From Perkinsela sp. CCAP 1560/9 (lineage: Eukaryota > Protista > Euglenozoa: Kinetoplastea), in NCBI GenBank assembly GCA_965644495.1, contig CBFFSA010000009.1, positions 558,001 to 622,000 of the forward strand: a DNA stretch of 64,000 nt. Reading direction: 5' to 3'. A program made the position numbers and the translations under genes. Each line of letters starts with the position of its first letter. Positions within the stretch are counted from its first letter, which is position 1. The notes under the pieces were generated by a model. It did not search any database, had not been told where the DNA came from, and worked only from the letters and a program-made list of their open reading frames with translations. Shown here one piece after another: positions 43,424-54,201 of this stretch.

Positions 43424-44335
43424 TTAGGCTCTTCGTTAAACGCGGTGGTTGTTTTCAACTTAGAAGTCACTCATGCTGCGCGCTTCGCGTTGAAAACTAC
43501 CGCCGCGTTTAACGAAGAGCCTAAAAAAGAAAATTTAGCCTGGAAAACGGAAAGATTATAGCCAAAAATAGCCGAATTTCGGGTACAAATGGGGTCATTT
43601 TCGCATATTTTTGCTCTCAGAGCACTAAATCCGACATTTGCGCGTGGGAACTCACTCGCAGGCATGAATGAAAGCCTACCGAACGTATTGGGTAGAGAAT
43701 GCGACTCCAACCATACCATTCTTTCGACACAAAAATGCCCCTTTAGGTCCGAAAAATACTTTTTCACCTTTTTTAGTCAAAATTGGGTCATTGTGAGGGG
43801 CGCACCACGGTTCGAAGAAGTGATACCTTGCGAAAACAACTGCGGAGAAAGCTAGTGTAGGTCTCAAACTATCAAAATGCAATAGGGGAAACGATTTTGG
43901 AAAAATATTTTTTTTGTCATTTTTTTCGCCAAGTTGAATTTTTTTTCAAAATTTTTTTTCAGAAAAAATCCGAACTTGGCGGACCCGTCATGCGGATACG
44001 CGGGGGGGTCACCCCCGGGTAGGGGGGTGGAAAATGCGCGCCAAGACCCCGGCTACCCTTTCTGCGGTTTTTTTTCGAAAACTAATTTTTTCGAAAAAAT
44101 TTGCTCGACCATGCCCCCCCCCCCTGGACCCCCCCCCTGGACCCCCCCCATGGACCCCCCCCATGGACCCCCCATTTTTTTCAAAATTTTTTTTCTGTTT
44201 TGGACCACCGGAGCCCCCTTTTATATTTTTTTCTTCTATTATATTACTGTGTTCCTCTTTATATTTTCACTGTTTTTGTTCACTTTTTTTTCAATAATCG
44301 AGTGTAGAGCGGTAGTTTTACAACCACCGCAATAA
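43424..44335. repeat. ~910-bp dispersed repeat, inverted copy of 59249-60150
   Basis: Near-identical reverse complement; begins with the ~100-bp palindrome; contains (TGGACCCCCCC)n. Confidence 0.92.
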
Positions 44336-44594
44336 AGTTTTATAGTTATTCGGACCCCTGCTAACAAGCTATATCAAGCTATATCAAAGTACAGTAGAAA
44401 AATTAAGAATCTTCAGCCCGCATATTCCTGAAACATACATGTATTCCTCTAAGAAGTCGCTCAGAAAATATTTGATAAGAGAGGCAATAACAAGTGAAAA
44501 GTTGAACGTGAGAACATAGCGTAGAATGAGAAAGCTTGGAATTCAAAAACATTAATTACTTATCATCTGATTGCCTTATCAGGAACATTTTCAC

Positions 44595-45533
44595 CTACAT
44601 GAGATAGTGACGTATGACATTTCCATCAACATCATACTCCCACCACTCGCTTAGGTCAGTGGAATCATCGGAACAGTCGATTTCTTTGTCTTGTGGGAGG
44701 TATAACAGATCTCGTGGGGCCGATTCCTCTGCGGAATAGCCTTCTAATTCATTTTTTCGAACATCTAGCCTCAACCCACCTTTCAAGTGTTCCTCGTGTA
44801 AAGCAGGAAAAATTATTTTTCCACTAAACCGATTCCAACCCAAGTTCAATTCTTTTATCGAGAGAGGAATATTACGAAAATGAAGTTCACCTTCAAGTTG
44901 GTTATGTGCCAAGTTGACGAGTCTCATGTACTGCGGAAGGTGCTCCAAGTCTACGGGGCCTATAAAGTGGTTACGCGAGGCGTCGAGCTCGAGGAGTGTT
45001 TGGGGGAGAACGTTAAGCTCTACCGTGCCTCCCAGTCGATTACGGTAAATACGGAGAGTGCGAAGAGCAGGTGGAAGGGCGTCCCAAGTTACATTGCCAT
45101 GGATACCCAGGTGATGTGTCACTGTAATGCGAGCGAGTGAGGGAGGCAAATACCTCCAGTCGAGTTCTCCTTCTAAGCTCAGTGGGAGATCCTTGCGCTT
45201 TGTGACAGTCCCTTCGTCACCTTCTAGGTAGACTTTCTTTAGACGAAGCACAAATTTTGACCAGTCTAGGGCGATAACACGCCTCTCGTCGTTACATGCA
45301 ATGCCCATCCACGTACAAACGGATACAGCGACCTCTCGCCGAAACCAGTTCTTCTTTATCAAGCGCCATGATGGGTGTTTGTAGTCAAGCGGTTCAGCGA
45401 ATCTTCGCAATAGTTCTTCTTGCGGAAGGCCACTTGAAAAAACTTTTCCGCGGCGAAGGTCTGACCCGTCATCTACACATTGTAGACATAAAATTTGCGT
45501 TAGAGACGAGAAGTACCCGATTGCTGCGTCCAT
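44595..45533 (-). CDS. Leucine-rich repeat protein
   Basis: VCTWMGIAC cap; LPPALRTLRIYRNRLGG and LPQTLLELDASRNHFIG repeats. Confidence 0.9.
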   Translation of the reverse strand: MDAAIGYFSSLTQILCLQCVDDGSDLRRGKVFSSGLPQEELLRRFAEPLDYKHPSWRLIKKNWFRREVAVSVCTWMGIACNDERRVIALDWSKFVLRLKKVYLEGDEGTVTKRKDLPLSLEGELDWRYLPPSLARITVTHHLGIHGNVTWDALPPALRTLRIYRNRLGGTVELNVLPQTLLELDASRNHFIGPVDLEHLPQYMRLVNLAHNQLEGELHFRNIPLSIKELNLGWNRFSGKIIFPALHEEHLKGGLRLDVRKNELEGYSAEESAPRDLLYLPQDKEIDCSDDSTDLSEWWEYDVDGNVIRHYLM

Positions 45534-45711
45534 GAGAAACAAATAGGAACAAGGTACTATAAAGAAAATAGGGGATTACGCGACACACCTCTTCCAGACA
45601 GAATCCTACCTTCAAAGGATAAGAAATTGTTCACCAAGTTCAAGAAAAAAGAAACGACCCTGACACTTCAGGCATAGAACTAATGAACACAAATGCATTT
45701 TAGCTAACGAG

Positions 45712-48522
45712 TCAATCACAGAAAAGCACTTCGGGGCGTGCCTGCCCTAATTCTCCTCCCGACGCCGCAATCTCAAGTTCGACTGGTACCGACCCTTCCT
45801 GGGTTTGTCGTATGATTGTTTCGTCCTCCTCAAGCACAATCTCTGTATCATCGACAACTTCCGTCGCATTTGCACGTGCGCCGGTTCGTTGTACCTGCTT
45901 CACATGACACACCTCTACCGAAACTCCAGCACTTAACAAGACATGGTGCCACGCCCGCTGGCTGTCACTTAAACTGTCATTCGGAGCCTTCACCTCCACA
46001 CAATGCAGCCCCGGAGCCACCCCCTCCCCTTGCGTCCACAGCCACACATCCGGAAGCCCACCAAACGAGAACTCCGCAAGAATATGCCGAAAAATCGGCA
46101 CCAAACTCCCCGTCGCCACCAGCGCTGCCGCAACCCTCGAAAGCACCTTCGGGCTCACCCCCCTCCCCCCGTGCTCGTCTCTCCCCCCCACCCCCCTCCC
46201 CCTTCCCCCACACAACCACACCACATACCGCTCCACCTGGCTCGGGGAAACCCTCTCCAACCTCCCCAGCATCCTCCGTATCCGGTTCTTCCGTAGCCGC
46301 ACAAACAGCTCCGTGCCGTACTCCACCGGGGTCTCCCCCACCCCACACGGGAAGCACGCACTCCCCATCCGAGCCAGCCCCCCCTCCCCCCGCCCCTCCC
46401 CCGCGCGTGCCACCGGGCGGAACACCACCGCGAACAGGGCCTGGAGGATCCCCCCCTCGCAGTGGGACCCGTGCCACGGGGGCCCTCTCCTTCGTAACTG
46501 GTGGCACAGCACGAGATGTTCCACGGAGGAGAGGGCGTGGGGGGAGACGTCGGGGGGCTCGGTGGTCATCGTGGCAGGGAGCCACAGACGTCGGGGGGGG
46601 AAGGCGTGGCTGCGACGGGCGGAGAGGGCGACCCGCGGGGCCGCACGGAGGGGGGGGTGTTGCATGAGGGTGGAGAGAAGGGTAAGGGGGGAGGGAGAAG
46701 ACAGAGAAGATAAAGAAGAAAGAGACGAAGAGGAGGAAGAGGAGCCCCAGGCGTGGGGGGGGCGGGAGAGGGAGCGGGCGGTGCGGTGGAGCGCGAGGAG
46801 ATCACGGAGACGGAGGGGGAGGGGGAGGGGGGGGGCGGAGTTCGAGGGTTGAGGGAAGAGTCCGGGACAGTGAATCCCGGTGTGGCGTTCGTAACGGTCG
46901 TAAGGTTGGGGAGGGGGGGTGAGGGGGTAACGTTGGAGGTGGGTGGTGAGGAGGGAGAGGGCGGATTGGGGCTTTCCTTGTTTGGAGAGGGAGAGCATGA
47001 GGCGGTGGAGGAAGAAACCGCGGCGAAGGGGGCGGAAGTGGGGATGGGCGAGGAGAGTGGACCAGAGGGTGGCGGCGGTGGGGTGGTCCTTGACGAGTTC
47101 GGCGCACTGCGCAACGGAGAGGGCGAGTTGCAGGGCGAGGTAAGGGGGTTGTAGGGGGCGTAAAATTTCATCACGCAGGGGTAGAGTTTCCGTAGGATTT
47201 CTTGAGGAAGCCTGGGGGGACAGAGGATCGGGATACAGCGTCGTATGCTCTTTGATGAACGATATTTTCTGCTGTAGCCACTCCGAACTTAGCAGTTCTC
47301 TTCGCCGTGACAATAGGATACCTTCCGCCTCCCAACCCTCTCGCAGAGCACGCACGGCCTTCACAAAATGCTCTGCAGTGCTCCATACCTCGCTGTTCAG
47401 AATTTCATGTACGGATGAGTCCAATGAGTGCATCGCTCCGGTATCTTTGTTTGGAGTGTACATCCTTTCTGGAGTACGTGTTGGAGTGTTGTGAGACGTA
47501 AAGGTCTGTATTTCGTTCGGAACTTGTGAATAACTGTCACGATCTTCGAGTATGGATGTCTGCGAGTACGTCACTTGTTGCTCTACTAAGATTTCAGGTA
47601 TCGACTTTCCTGGCGAGTCTTGCGATGCATAGTCCTTTGAGACAAAACGCGGGTTCCCTTCCTCTTCTAACAACGATGTCACGTGATACGCACGCTGATG
47701 TAACCCTCCCAGTGCCTCGTGAAGGAATAAATTAGCTCTGTCGTGAGATTTTCGTGACCCCCAAGGACGGATGTGTGCCACTTGAGTACACTTGTTCACA
47801 CAGAGATAGATCGCTTCACAACAGAGAATGTACGCCGCCTTGACAGGAGGTGGGATGTACCAAAACGTTCGACAGCTTTCACCTTCGTACTGTTCATCTT
47901 CGGTTGAAATTTCCAAGAAAAGCTTCATGAGGCGTCGTCTCCTCGCCTCGGTTACCATTGTCCTTAGGCATTCCTGTAGTTTCTGTTTAGATGAAACACC
48001 CGAATGCGGCGCTTTATTTACGGATATTTTTGTTTCTAACCGGGAAATCACAATTTTCAGCTGATCGACGGTCAAAATATCTACACAGTGATCTAGAACC
48101 TCAAACGAACGTTTTCGACGTTTCGCTCGCCTCGCCTCCCCAGGACTCGTCAAAAGTTCATCCCAAATATTTTCTACATGCGAAAATCGTACTTCTCCGG
48201 CCTCATAAGTTGCCGCGTTCACCGGCAAAAGAAACCGATACTCGCGAAGTTGACGAAGGGCAGAGGCATTTAAATCGGGATAGCGATTAAATAAGTCGCG
48301 AACGACAAAAAGATTCGGGCGTCGTAATAGGAGTAAATTTGCTACAGAAGAGAATGAGCCCTCGGCAACACTGAGTAAAGTACGCAGCGAAGATCGCCCG
48401 ATTGTTGTGTTCTGTAGAAATTGATAGGTTCCAATCCGCTGATTCTCTTGCAGAAGTCTTTGAAGGATTAGCTGGTACTCTCCATCCGGAACGCGAGAGT
48501 CGGACTCTATGTTGGGGCACAT
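45712..48522 (-). CDS. FAN1: Fanconi-associated nuclease 1 (VRR-NUC)
   Basis: HCEG, GGLPDVWLW, VEVKAPNDSLSDSQRAW, VEVCHV. Confidence 0.9.
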   Translation of the reverse strand: MCPNIESDSRVPDGEYQLILQRLLQENQRIGTYQFLQNTTIGRSSLRTLLSVAEGSFSSVANLLLLRRPNLFVVRDLFNRYPDLNASALRQLREYRFLLPVNAATYEAGEVRFSHVENIWDELLTSPGEARRAKRRKRSFEVLDHCVDILTVDQLKIVISRLETKISVNKAPHSGVSSKQKLQECLRTMVTEARRRRLMKLFLEISTEDEQYEGESCRTFWYIPPPVKAAYILCCEAIYLCVNKCTQVAHIRPWGSRKSHDRANLFLHEALGGLHQRAYHVTSLLEEEGNPRFVSKDYASQDSPGKSIPEILVEQQVTYSQTSILEDRDSYSQVPNEIQTFTSHNTPTRTPERMYTPNKDTGAMHSLDSSVHEILNSEVWSTAEHFVKAVRALREGWEAEGILLSRRRELLSSEWLQQKISFIKEHTTLYPDPLSPQASSRNPTETLPLRDEILRPLQPPYLALQLALSVAQCAELVKDHPTAATLWSTLLAHPHFRPLRRGFFLHRLMLSLSKQGKPQSALSLLTTHLQRYPLTPPPQPYDRYERHTGIHCPGLFPQPSNSAPPLPLPLRLRDLLALHRTARSLSRPPHAWGSSSSSSSLSSLSSLSSPSPLTLLSTLMQHPPLRAAPRVALSARRSHAFPPRRLWLPATMTTEPPDVSPHALSSVEHLVLCHQLRRRGPPWHGSHCEGGILQALFAVVFRPVARAGEGRGEGGLARMGSACFPCGVGETPVEYGTELFVRLRKNRIRRMLGRLERVSPSQVERYVVWLCGGRGRGVGGRDEHGGRGVSPKVLSRVAAALVATGSLVPIFRHILAEFSFGGLPDVWLWTQGEGVAPGLHCVEVKAPNDSLSDSQRAWHHVLLSAGVSVEVCHVKQVQRTGARANATEVVDDTEIVLEEDETIIRQTQEGSVPVELEIAASGGELGQARPEVLFCD

Positions 48523-48634
48523 ATTTGTATCCTACAGTATGGATATTGTAAATAATCCGAATAGTTTGTGGCGCGTCAAGAATAGAAACAACACATTACA
48601 TCAGATATTCAATTTTTGTTAACTTTTCTCTTCT

Positions 48635-48735
48635 TAGCTCTTCGTTAAACGCGGAGGTAGTTTTCAACGCGCAGCACGCAGCAGTGGTGCCTTCTATGTT
48701 GAAAACAACCACCGCTTTTAACGCAGAGCCTAAAA
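48635..48735. repeat. Solo ~100-bp palindromic repeat
   Basis: GCTCTTCGTTAAACGCGG...GCTTTTAACGCAGAGCCTAA. Confidence 0.8.
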
Positions 48736-49304
48736 AATAAAAATCCTACATGCACATTGATGGAACAAATAACAAAAAAGGAGACACAAAAATTCTCCCG
48801 AAGAAACAAGTTATCCGTCGTTTGGATCCGTCCGTAGTGGGGGCAATCGCGCATGCAGTACTCTCCTATTCAACTGCTCTTTGTTGCGGCATAAGGTTAG
48901 AAAAAAAAGAACCAACCAGCGTTATAAAGAGTCAGCGCTTTTCAGTTACAAGGAGAATGCAGACTGATTATCTGTCCGCAGCAAAGTATGTTGCCGAACA
49001 CGACTAAAAATATAATGCACAGAGCAAAATGAAGAACGCCGACGCGAGAGAAGTTAAATATCTCATCACAAGCCTCGAAACGCCAAGAGACCACAAGAAC
49101 TTTATAGCCTGGAAGGCAGACTGTGGAAATTCAAGCGAAGCTCTCGAACATCCATTATTTCCCAACAAGGTCGTACGTGTTGTATGCAAACTTCCAAATC
49201 TCAAGGCCACAAAGATATGATAGTTTCGAAGGCCCAATGTGGAATTTCGACCACAGCACTCTTCTTCGACCGCGGCTCTTTAACCTCCATCCCTCCCCTC
49301 CCCG

Positions 49305-52300
49305 CTACAAATGAAACAGTGCACACAAACTGTCCACAACCCCCCTCTCCGCACTCCTCCCCTCATCCGACCCCACCCACTCCATCACCTTCCTTACCAG
49401 TGCCGGACTCTCCTCCGACACCCTCCTCGCTGCCCTCTGCGGGAGTGTCACCAAATCCCCAACAGTCTTGGGAAAATGTTCCTCCCAATAGCTTACCGTA
49501 TCCCGCCATACTTGTTGTTGTGCCTCTTGTTGTAGTTGTTGTTGTCCCTCTCCCCCCTCCCCTCCCCCTCTCCTCTCCCACACCCCCCTGGCCACCAACT
49601 CCGGTATCACCTGGGCGCTACACCACGGGACCAGCGGCCCGGGGTGCAGCCGTACCGCCAGGGACACGGTGGTCATAAACACAGGGGGCAGCGGGACCCG
49701 TTTAAGGAGCTGTTGGATGGAACCCGCGAGTCGTTCAGCGGAATACAGCGGTACCCCTGTTCGAGTAGTCGTAGTAGCAGTAGTAGTCGTACTACTACTA
49801 CTCTTACTCGTAGCGTTACTACTCGTCGTAGCCGTAGCGCTACTACCACTACTACTGGACCTCTCCTGTAGGTTACGTACCCCCCGGGGGTGGGTAACGG
49901 TGTCCACCCCTACAGGGGGGGACCCCGTGAACTGGAGTAGGGTGTGAAGGGCAGTGGTGAGGGAACCCGCTGGGGGGATAACCTCAGGAGTGTGAAGCAG
50001 CAGGAGAAGCTCTTCGGGGGAGAACACCGGGCGGGAGGTCTCGGCGACCGGGAGGAGAAGGTCACGGAGCGCCCGGGAGAAGGCAGAGGGGTGGGAGGTG
50101 GCGAGGGGGGGGAGCTGGGGGAGGTAGGTGGAGCGAAGGAGGGAGGGGGGGAGGAAGGGGAGGAGGGGAAGGAGGTAGTGAATGTCGTGGTGGTGACGGG
50201 TGTGGAGTTGGGTACAGATCGCGACGAGGAGGGAGATGGGAAGGGAGGCGGGAACGACAGTTCGTGGAGGGGTTTCGGTGGACTGCTTTTCTTTCCGGAA
50301 TGTGTTGCGGAGGGCAGTTGCCATAATATCCACCACGCGCTGGATAAGGCGGCTGGAGCTCTCGGGTGCAAGCAGAAGAAAAGTGTACCATCCTGTCTCG
50401 GATGCGTATACTGCAAACAGTTGCGCAAGCTCTGGAAGATCAAGAAAGGTTTCCTCCACAAGGGCAGCTCCACGAGTATGTAGTTCACCTCCTACCTCAA
50501 AAATCTCCGCAAGGTATGAAGTATCTCCTTTACAGAGCTCAAAAAGTAGAGCGCAAAAACATGCAATTTTTCCCCGTAATTTATCCTTCACCGCCTTTTC
50601 TTCTGAGTTCTCCATGCCCATAGACATTTCAGGCATGGGTGATAAAAGGTTACGGAAACTCTGTTTCGCATGATTTACGATCATGCTCGCAAGACTGCAT
50701 CTCGTAGGACAGTTCTCGTCTCCATTGTTCAAGGGCGATAAACTTCCGAGTACCGGGTCGTTCCACACGTGACGAGCAAGAAGTTTCACCGCACCTATAC
50801 GCAGGGGCTCAATCTCGGACATAGCATAGTGCAGAAGCAACTGCAGCGACTTTAATCGATACGGTCCTCGATGCCTCATTAACTCATACAGCGCACGAAG
50901 TCCTGAGGCAGTACGAAGACGGAGCAATGCAATGTTTCTGTCTTTCGCTACTCCTGCGGATTCCGACGCCGCACTTGAGGGCGACAACGCCTCACAAATG
51001 TGTTGGTGAAAAAATTTCCATGCAAAGGGCGTGATGGCTGGAGAGCACAGGAGCACAGAAGAGAGAAGAGAAGAGCCGTAGGTCTCAGGCAACTTTGGCG
51101 TCGCGGAGGATGTAGATATCTCCAACGAACACCACATGAACCGAACCAAAAACAAATCGTGGAGCGTGGGTTGTTGAGTTTCATACAGAAAGGATAATCC
51201 CCCCGTGTGATACTGACTGTAGGATGCCCCGGACTGCGTGGGTTCACCGTGCCCATCTGAAAATGGTTCCTGTTTTATACTCTCACCTGGCAAAGAGTGC
51301 TCTGCGTCATTCTCAACAACTTCAATACCCTCATCCACTATGAATTGAGCTTCCACGGGTACGTTGCGAACATCGAGAATAGGACACTGTGCTCCGTACA
51401 ACGTGTAGAGGATTTGCACAGCTAGACCCCAATAAAGGGAAAATGCATCGTGCAGACGACCAAAGAGCTTATCCAACAATAAACTCGTGAAGGGTTCGCC
51501 GCAGTGGAGCAACATGCGGGAGAACAGTGCGCCGGCACGCTCCTGCTCCTCTGCTCCACGAAGTTCAGTATAGCCTTGGAGCATCTCTTCGGTGAGAAGG
51601 TGGGACACTTGGTGACGAGCCGCCGAGGTGGCCATTTGTGTGTGTGCGAGCTCGTCAGCCCGACCTTTGGTAGCAGGAAGAAAGTCAAGTCTCTGACCCA
51701 ACGGCACATCCGATAGGGAAGAAGGGGCGGGCTGGTGTATGATGGCTTTCATCTCTTTTAATTCGACTTGACCATGGGACGTTTTCTCAGACATTTTTAA
51801 GTACAGTTTCTTCAGCGAATCATTCACCAAGGTGTGAAATGGAAGGAGCTCAATGTACTTGTGTGCCACATTGTTGGTTTGTCCTGCATGTAAACAAAGG
51901 TAAAATTCATCAATCAAATGCTTCGCTGCCATGAGTTCGTCCTTATCTCTATTACATTGCTGCATAAGGCTTTTCCAAGCTTCGGAGGTGGTTATAAAAT
52001 TAAGTCCAGGCAATTGTTGATCATTGCTAGCATCATGTAAAATACGCTCTAAATGAAGAGTTACATAAGTTACGAATCGTCTTGTCATTGGTCGTGTGAC
52101 GTACAAAAGACGAAACGCATCCAGTGCTGCGCTAATAACTTGTTGCGCTTGCCCTTGCCTTAGAATCAGTAGCCATATCCCATACAAAAGATCTTCGTAC
52201 GTTTCAGCATAACTCTCAGCAGATAAAACGTTGTGACGCAATTCAAATGCTGGAGTCTGCATGTTGGCAGAGGCGACAGGCGGATAGACACAAAACGTAT

Positions 52301-52904
52301 ATTTCAAGTTTTCGCACGAAACTTGAGGAGAAGTCTGGTCACATTCCAATAAACTCTGTAAGAGTGTCACACAATATTCAATACAAGCCATTTGAATTTC
52401 TCTGCTATTTGTTGTAGACATCAAACGAGATACTTCTTGATGAAGATTTTGAAATTCGGTCCAAACAGGTTGTGCAAAAGAGCTTAAACTAGAATTGTGG
52501 AGTAACACGCGGAATAATGTGCAATAGGTCAAACTGAAACACTTCACTCCCAAAATCAAGATGGATGTCTCGTCTGAAGAAACGAATTCTCGTAACGCGA
52601 AAGATAGAAGCATCATGGCTTGCAATCCCATATTCTTTGAAAAAAGCGAAATCAAAGCGTGCAGAAAAGTAGAAAGTGTTAAAAGTTCGTCCTGCGATGC
52701 ACTATCAAGTAAATCACACACATCGTTTAATACTAGTAACACAAATTTATCTGTTTCGGAACTCTGCGACTTCCAGGGTTCAAGACTTTTGCCTCCTTCC
52801 CTTTGAATATGCTTCTGAAATTCTTGTAAAATCCGCAACCCATGGGCTCTTGATTCGCGCTTTCGGAGAATAGGGATCAAGTCCCTTAAAGTGGTTACAT
52901 TCAT
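49305..52904 (-). CDS. Symplekin-like 3'-processing scaffold
   Basis: HEAT-like helical N-terminus; GLRALYELMRHR...LRIGAVKLLA; PLPPVFMTTV...ELVARGVWE...VW. Confidence 0.78.
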   Translation of the reverse strand: MNVTTLRDLIPILRKRESRAHGLRILQEFQKHIQREGGKSLEPWKSQSSETDKFVLLVLNDVCDLLDSASQDELLTLSTFLHALISLFSKNMGLQAMMLLSFALREFVSSDETSILILGVKCFSLTYCTLFRVLLHNSSLSSFAQPVWTEFQNLHQEVSRLMSTTNSREIQMACIEYCVTLLQSLLECDQTSPQVSCENLKYTFCVYPPVASANMQTPAFELRHNVLSAESYAETYEDLLYGIWLLILRQGQAQQVISAALDAFRLLYVTRPMTRRFVTYVTLHLERILHDASNDQQLPGLNFITTSEAWKSLMQQCNRDKDELMAAKHLIDEFYLCLHAGQTNNVAHKYIELLPFHTLVNDSLKKLYLKMSEKTSHGQVELKEMKAIIHQPAPSSLSDVPLGQRLDFLPATKGRADELAHTQMATSAARHQVSHLLTEEMLQGYTELRGAEEQERAGALFSRMLLHCGEPFTSLLLDKLFGRLHDAFSLYWGLAVQILYTLYGAQCPILDVRNVPVEAQFIVDEGIEVVENDAEHSLPGESIKQEPFSDGHGEPTQSGASYSQYHTGGLSFLYETQQPTLHDLFLVRFMWCSLEISTSSATPKLPETYGSSLLSSVLLCSPAITPFAWKFFHQHICEALSPSSAASESAGVAKDRNIALLRLRTASGLRALYELMRHRGPYRLKSLQLLLHYAMSEIEPLRIGAVKLLARHVWNDPVLGSLSPLNNGDENCPTRCSLASMIVNHAKQSFRNLLSPMPEMSMGMENSEEKAVKDKLRGKIACFCALLFELCKGDTSYLAEIFEVGGELHTRGAALVEETFLDLPELAQLFAVYASETGWYTFLLLAPESSSRLIQRVVDIMATALRNTFRKEKQSTETPPRTVVPASLPISLLVAICTQLHTRHHHDIHYLLPLLPFLPPSLLRSTYLPQLPPLATSHPSAFSRALRDLLLPVAETSRPVFSPEELLLLLHTPEVIPPAGSLTTALHTLLQFTGSPPVGVDTVTHPRGVRNLQERSSSSGSSATATTSSNATSKSSSSTTTTATTTTRTGVPLYSAERLAGSIQQLLKRVPLPPVFMTTVSLAVRLHPGPLVPWCSAQVIPELVARGVWERRGGGEGGEGQQQLQQEAQQQVWRDTVSYWEEHFPKTVGDLVTLPQRAARRVSEESPALVRKVMEWVGSDEGRSAERGVVDSLCALFHL

Positions 52905-53077
52905 GCTAGTAATGGAGTTCTTTAATGAGGGTATAACTAGATAATAGTGACCACAAACTTTATTAATGAAGTATTTGTATCAAACTTATAATTTTATTAA
53001 AACTCGCTAGAAATAGGAAAAATGTTTTAGAACCCGCTAGAAACAGGAAAAAGATTGTATACTTTTAGAACATTATA

Positions 53078-53552
53078 CAGGGGTGTAAATTTGGATATGG
53101 GGGGGTCTAAATTTTGGAAAATTTTGGAAAATAATAGCGCATTCGAGAGCTCTCGAACAGAGCTCATGAACGTAACAAGGCCGAACTAGGCACAAGGGGG
53201 TATTGCCCCCTAGACAAAGTTTCGTAATCGGCAACAAGAACCATGCACCAACTGGATTTTACGTGGCCAGGCGAAGAATAAGCCCTTTCGTAGTCTTTGC
53301 GTTCAGGTGATCGCCCACAACCCCGTCTTTGTAGCATGAATCAGGGGAGAAATCAGAAAAACTGTGAAAAATGCAAAATTTTACCTCCCAAAAAAACTAA
53401 TTTTTACGTTCACTCGAAAATCTAATTAACGCAGATGCCATGCACGCATGTTCATGAGCCCAGTTCGAGAGCTCTGGAATGCGCTATTTTTTTCCAAAAT
53501 TGGCCAAGTTTTACAAATTTTAGACCCCCCCACATCCAAATTTACACCCTTG
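53078..53552. mobile_element. Tc1-type MITE
   Basis: TIR CA.GGGTGTAAATTTGGAT.TGGGGGGGTCTAAA; TA TSD; shares the GCATTCGAGAGCTCTCG motif. Confidence 0.88.
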
Positions 53553-53730
53553 TATAATAATGAAACATAAGAATATGGGGGGCTGCAGGTGATACCTCGT
53601 GAAACGTTGCCACTCGTAGCCCCTCAAATATCCCTAGAATATAAATTTCCCTGAAATATAAATTCATAAAATACTTTATAACTGCATTAACTTTACAACT
53701 GCATTAACTGTATTAGCTTCTAAAATGTGG

Positions 53731-54201
53731 TCAAAAATCTCTCATCCGCTCATGGTTCTCATCCTCCAGGTGCACTTCAGGAAGAGCAGAATCTGCTGAT
53801 TGCGTCCGTTCACCATCTAGCTCTAAGGACATCAAATGGCGAAACCCTAATTTAGAGTGGCGTGCGTGGTGGAGAACATCTCGAAGTGGTATCCTAGGAA
53901 ACAACCGATGGAAAGTCTCATGGTAGAATTCTACCAGTGCGGATAAATCCTTTAGTTCACTTCCACTCGCACCTTCAAGCCGTGGGGGATTCGCAGTGTT
54001 TCTCAATGCACGAAGGCCCTGGGGTCCGAACATCACTTTCTCGAATTGTTTACGAGAGCTATTGGGGGGGACCGGAAGTTGATCCGCCGAGGTAGATGCG
54101 ACAGTTGCCCCAGCAACTGAATTAGGCTTTTTAGCTTTAGTAAAATGTGAAACATCTGTCATGGTTGAACTCGAACTAGGCTTTCGTTCATTGACATTCA
54201 T
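53731..54201 (-). CDS. Replication fork protection protein Tipin/Swi3/Csm3-like
   Basis: GPQGLRAL...GSELKDLSALVEFYHETFHRLFPR. Confidence 0.72.
   Translation of the reverse strand: MNVNERKPSSSSTMTDVSHFTKAKKPNSVAGATVASTSADQLPVPPNSSRKQFEKVMFGPQGLRALRNTANPPRLEGASGSELKDLSALVEFYHETFHRLFPRIPLRDVLHHARHSKLGFRHLMSLELDGERTQSADSALPEVHLEDENHERMRDF

Larger units (their letters stand above)
39573..44360. mobile_element. hAT-like non-autonomous element containing nested inserts
   Basis: TIR CAGGGGTC(G/C)GAATAACT; 8-bp TSD CTAACAAG at 39565-39572 and 44361-44368. Confidence 0.85.

Noticed and set aside
43471-44335. ORFs in the 910-bp repeat, duplicated at 59249-60102
   Set aside because: Low-complexity translations of non-coding repeat DNA.
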